Shown one piece after another: positions 60,643 to 64,000 of a stretch of 64,000 bases of DNA; position 1 is the stretch's first letter; every line of letters starts with the position of its first letter. The notes beneath the pieces are model-generated. The model was not told the origin of the DNA. It did not search any database and saw only the letters and a program-made list of their open reading frames with translations. The DNA comes from a virus (lineage: Duplodnaviria; Caudoviricetes): the IMG/VR virus record IMGVR_UViG_3300014205_000174; one strand, written 5' to 3'. A program made the position numbers and the translations under genes.

Positions 60643-60750
60643 CTACAACACTATAAATTAAGGTCAGGTGGGGCAAAAAACTAAGTTTTGGCCCAGAAAT
60701 ATGTTTTATTTGATATTATCACATATCTTTGGCCCTTAATCCACCCCTTC

Positions 60751-61329
60751 ATGGCTTCTGATTTTAGAAAACAGACAAGTTATCCGCGCGGGATTCGAAA
60801 TAATAATCCTGGTAATCTGGTAGAGGTATCATCCGGATGGCTGGGCCAGTCAGGCAGCGATGGCAGATTTGCCGTATTTGAGAGCATGCCATGGGGTATC
60901 CGGGCTTTTTTAATGAATTACTACTCTTCTATAGAGAGGCATAAGATTTCCACCCTTACTGATTACATACACCGGTATGCACCGCCATTCGAAAATGACA
61001 CCACCAAGTATATTAATACCGTTGCGGCCCGTGCAGGCATTGACGCAAACGGGCCTATACCTACAGACCGGGATACGGTAACCAAAATCATGCGGGGCCA
61101 GTTCGAAGTAGAATTAGGCAAGAAGTATGCCGACATGATTACGGATGATGATATAAATGGCGGCTTTGAGCTCCTGAGCAGCCCGCTGAAGACCTTTTTT
61201 AATTCCATAACAATTTTCTATCACAGCAACCCAGCCGCAACATACGGCATAGCAACTGCCTTGGCCATTGGCGCAAGCATGCTGGTCTTTGGTGGCATAA
61301 AGCTTATCCGCTCCGCCAGGAAGAAGTAA
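60751..61329 (+). CDS. RNNNPGN-family lysozyme-like/virion protein with C-terminal TM
   Basis: RGIRNNNPGNL, RFAVF...GIRA, RYAPP.ENDT..Y; TATCTTTG promoter at 60724. Confidence 0.75.
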   Translation: MASDFRKQTSYPRGIRNNNPGNLVEVSSGWLGQSGSDGRFAVFESMPWGIRAFLMNYYSSIERHKISTLTDYIHRYAPPFENDTTKYINTVAARAGIDANGPIPTDRDTVTKIMRGQFEVELGKKYADMITDDDINGGFELLSSPLKTFFNSITIFYHSNPAATYGIATALAIGASMLVFGGIKLIRSARKK

Positions 61330-61344
61330 TAACGCCCATAAAGT

Positions 61345-61361
61345 TTGGCACACTATTTGCG
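61345..61361 (+). promoter_or_regulatory. sigma54-type promoter
   Basis: TTGGCACACTATTTGCG. Confidence 0.7.
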
Positions 61362-61385
61362 CTATGATGGGAAAATATATTCAGG

Positions 61386-62256
61386 ATGTTGATTTCAGAT
61401 TTATCAAAGGAAAATTATATGGTTGTCTGCGAAGGGGCGGCAGAATTATTAAATGTAGCACAAGCCCTAGCCAGGACGGACGCAAAATTTTATGCAGCCG
61501 TAATTAACCACCATGAGTCCTTTATTGAAGCGCCGGACTGTATTCGCCAGACTGTGCTGGCCTCCGAATTGGATACTATCGATACCGAATCTGACATTGA
61601 CCTGGAGACACACCCGTATCTCCAGTACCTGCTCAATGAAATCAGCGCCTATGAGACGAAGTACAATGCAACGAAAGTAAAGGAGCTGGAAGCCACTACA
61701 GAGCAATTGAAAGATTACTATTCCAGTTCCGCATCTACCTTATGGGAAAGAAAATGCGATACGGAGCGTCATTACAGGAAAGCCGCACCCTACTTCCCGG
61801 ACATTGTAAATAACAATGTGGTCTCATCGCCAAGTGCTGCCGGAATGAGAAAAATGGCCGCCGGTTTAGCTAATTAACTATTTTTGTTTTTACTTAAAGC
61901 AATTCATGACAGATAATTTATATTTCGGGAAGGATACTACTGAGGAGCGATTAAATAATGAGCGCAATCAGCGTTCTTTTATAAAAGAACTAAAACAGGC
62001 ATTGCCGGACATCCTCATGTACGACGCCTACAGCCCGACATTAGGCTTCCGGATAAGTGTATTTGTTGATGATTTACAAAAATTCAACTACTGTTCATGG
62101 CTGCTTTCTACCGACTGGTATTCGCATTCAGAATATCTTACCAGTCTACAGAATGATGATGCCGGCCAAGGTGAATTAAAGTCGTTTCTCGAATTTTCGA
62201 TGCTGCAATACCCGCAAGCTTACGGCGAGGAGCGCCTGAAGAAACTACCGATATAA
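61386..62256 (+). other. two hypothetical genes (61386-61877, 61906-62256)
   Basis: ORFs. Confidence 0.6.
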
Positions 62257-62306
62257 CCGCTATATTTGCTTTCTTCCATTTTAAAACCAAATAAAAAAAA
62301 CAACCA

Positions 62307-62645
62307 ATGAAAAAAACATTATTAGCAGTCGCTTTATTAGCATTGGCGTCCACGACGTCTACATTTGCCCAGTCGAATACCCCGGCATCCGACACTACGA
62401 AAAACGCTGCTTCGGTTACGGGCCAGCCGCAGCAGCCAGAGAGAAAATACGTCATCTACCTTACCGCACAGCAAATCTCCTTACTGGGCCAGATTATGTC
62501 ATCGTCCACCGCGCCGTATGTTAATGTAATCGCCCTGGAGAAGATACTTAACGAGCAACTGGGGCCGCAATCAACCCCCGATAATACCAACGCCAACGCA
62601 ACCCCGGTAAAAACGCCGCCAGCGCCGCCTGCTAAGAAGAAATAA
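62307..62645 (+). CDS. secreted low-complexity protein
   Basis: Signal peptide MKKTLLAVALLALA...FAQ; TATATTTG promoter at 62261. Confidence 0.7.
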   Translation: MKKTLLAVALLALASTTSTFAQSNTPASDTTKNAASVTGQPQQPERKYVIYLTAQQISLLGQIMSSSTAPYVNVIALEKILNEQLGPQSTPDNTNANATPVKTPPAPPAKKK

Positions 62646-62648
62646 AGT

Positions 62649-62665
62649 TTGGCACGGGAATTGCT
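62649..62665 (+). promoter_or_regulatory. sigma54-type promoter
   Basis: TTGGCACGGGAATTGCT. Confidence 0.8.
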
Positions 62666-62677
62666 TTATAACCTGTT

Positions 62678-63061
62678 ATGAAAGCAACTGAAATTCGGCT
62701 TGGCAACCTTATACAGACCAATGATACGCATTGGTCACCAGGACTTCAGCACAAGCACACTCTTGTTAATTTAAGTATTTTTTGCAGTTTAGTTACTACG
62801 GAATGTTCTCCCTACGAGGGCATTCCGTTGACTTATAATTTAGTTTGCGACCTGCTTAACTTTGAACTATATCATGGAAACCCAAGACTTGAAAGCTTTT
62901 ACGTTAACAAGCAGGGCTACTATCCTTTTCATATCTACGAGCACCGAGACCAGACTTTTTGGTTTAATGAGCATTTGCAAATAAAGTACGTACATCAAAT
63001 GCAAAATCTTTATTTTGCCCTTACCGGGGAAGAGTTAATCATTTCAACCAATGAGCGATAA
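62678..63061 (+). CDS. ELRxGN...HQLQNL family phage protein (copy 4)
   Basis: EIRLGN...GIPLT...KYVHQMQNLYFALTGEEL. Confidence 0.75.
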   Translation: MKATEIRLGNLIQTNDTHWSPGLQHKHTLVNLSIFCSLVTTECSPYEGIPLTYNLVCDLLNFELYHGNPRLESFYVNKQGYYPFHIYEHRDQTFWFNEHLQIKYVHQMQNLYFALTGEELIISTNER

Positions 63062-63440
63062 AATTATACGGGCTATAACACCGGCAGAAGTACGATACGG
63101 AAATAAGCTTCTGTATAAAAACAAGATTGTGCCTATAATTGGCATCCACGAAACGACGCTCCGCGTGAAGGGCCTTGGTGATATTTCTATTTTAGACTTT
63201 AAGCCCATCCCTATTACTCCTGGCCTACTGAAGCGTTACGGCTTTACTTTTAACAAGAGGGCCAACGAGTATACCCATTATGACGAGCATGCTTTTATAC
63301 TTCGGGGCTCTCCGTCTGGCAGGCTGGGATATTATATAACTTATGGGGTACAGCGCGATGGATTTAAATATATCCAGTACTTTCATGAACTACAAAATGT
63401 TTTCTTTTTACTTACCGGTATAGAGTTAGCTACCAAATAA
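63051..63440 (+). CDS. ELRxGN...HQLQNL family phage protein (copy 5)
   Basis: EVRYGN...PIPIT...YFHELQNVFFLLTGIEL. Confidence 0.75.
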   Translation: MSDKIIRAITPAEVRYGNKLLYKNKIVPIIGIHETTLRVKGLGDISILDFKPIPITPGLLKRYGFTFNKRANEYTHYDEHAFILRGSPSGRLGYYITYGVQRDGFKYIQYFHELQNVFFLLTGIELATK

Positions 63441-63443
63441 TTT

Positions 63444-64000
63444 ATGTTTAATAGCGTATCAAAAATAAATCCTGTTATAGCCTGGTGGAGCGGCGGAGCC
63501 GATAGTGCCATCACCTGCTGGTTTTGCCTGCAATGGTTTGGGAAAGAGAATGTGCGGGTTATTTTCATTGATACCAAAAATGAAGATAAAGACACCTATC
63601 GCTTTAAAGCAGACTGCGAGCGATGGCTTGGTGTTCCCATAGAAACAATCAGCACTGATAAATGGGAAACCATTGAAGAAGTATGGGAACATTACTTATC
63701 GCTTAATGTGGCTACCGGCGCGATATGCTCAACAGAGCTTAAAAGAGTGGTACGACAGAACTTTCAAATGAAAAATGCTTATTCCTATCAGGCATTTGGG
63801 TTTGATGCAAAAGAAATAAACAGGGCGCGGAACATGAAACGCAATTACCCGGATTCTAATCCCATTTTCCCGCTTATTTACCAATTGATAGACAAGGGAG
63901 AGTCAATTAAAATGCTTCAAAAGCACGGCATAGAAGTCCCTGATTCTTACAAAATGGGATATTCGAACAATAATTGCCTTGAAACAGGATGCGTAAAGGG
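63444..64000 (+). CDS. PAPS-reductase/PP-loop family phage protein (runs off the window)
   Basis: Manual translation: IAWWSGGADSA...NED.DT.RF...CSTELK...GY.NNNC..GCVK. Confidence 0.8.
   Translation, partial: MFNSVSKINPVIAWWSGGADSAITCWFCLQWFGKENVRVIFIDTKNEDKDTYRFKADCERWLGVPIETISTDKWETIEEVWEHYLSLNVATGAICSTELKRVVRQNFQMKNAYSYQAFGFDAKEINRARNMKRNYPDSNPIFPLIYQLIDKGESIKMLQKHGIEVPDSYKMGYSNNNCLETGCVK

Overview
This window looks like 64 kb from a large (probably jumbo) phage of a Bacteroidota host. It has densely packed small ORFs in four strand blocks, A-rich starts without Shine-Dalgarno sites, TAnnTTTG promoters and phage-type gene families. No capsid, terminase or polymerase gene is visible. Main findings: (1) A nuclease-dead Cas12f/TnpB-like protein (57943-59094) has three dispersed guide cassettes (59107-59460, 59694-60092, and 33903-34295 on the minus strand). 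Each is a near-identical ~125-nt tracr/omegaRNA-like scaffold fused to a half repeat, followed by a mini array of 36-nt repeats, giving at least 13 distinct spacers and no adaptation genes. (2) Seventeen sigma54 (-24/-12, GGCAC-N5-TTGC/A) promoter motifs sit just upstream of genes, and there is a stand-alone Fis/NtrC-type HTH gene. (3) A large glycan-biosynthesis region encodes gmd, fcl, GT11, GT6, GT2, GT25 and methyl/acyl transferases. (4) A 3.9-kb IS1-family element has 39-bp TIRs, an 8-bp TSD, cargo genes and a tRNA-Arg-like sequence. (5) Also present are an intact-looking TnpB, an intein in a DUF5131 gene, RtcB and a HAD RNA-repair-like gene. All calls come from reading the sequence by eye; no database searches were run.
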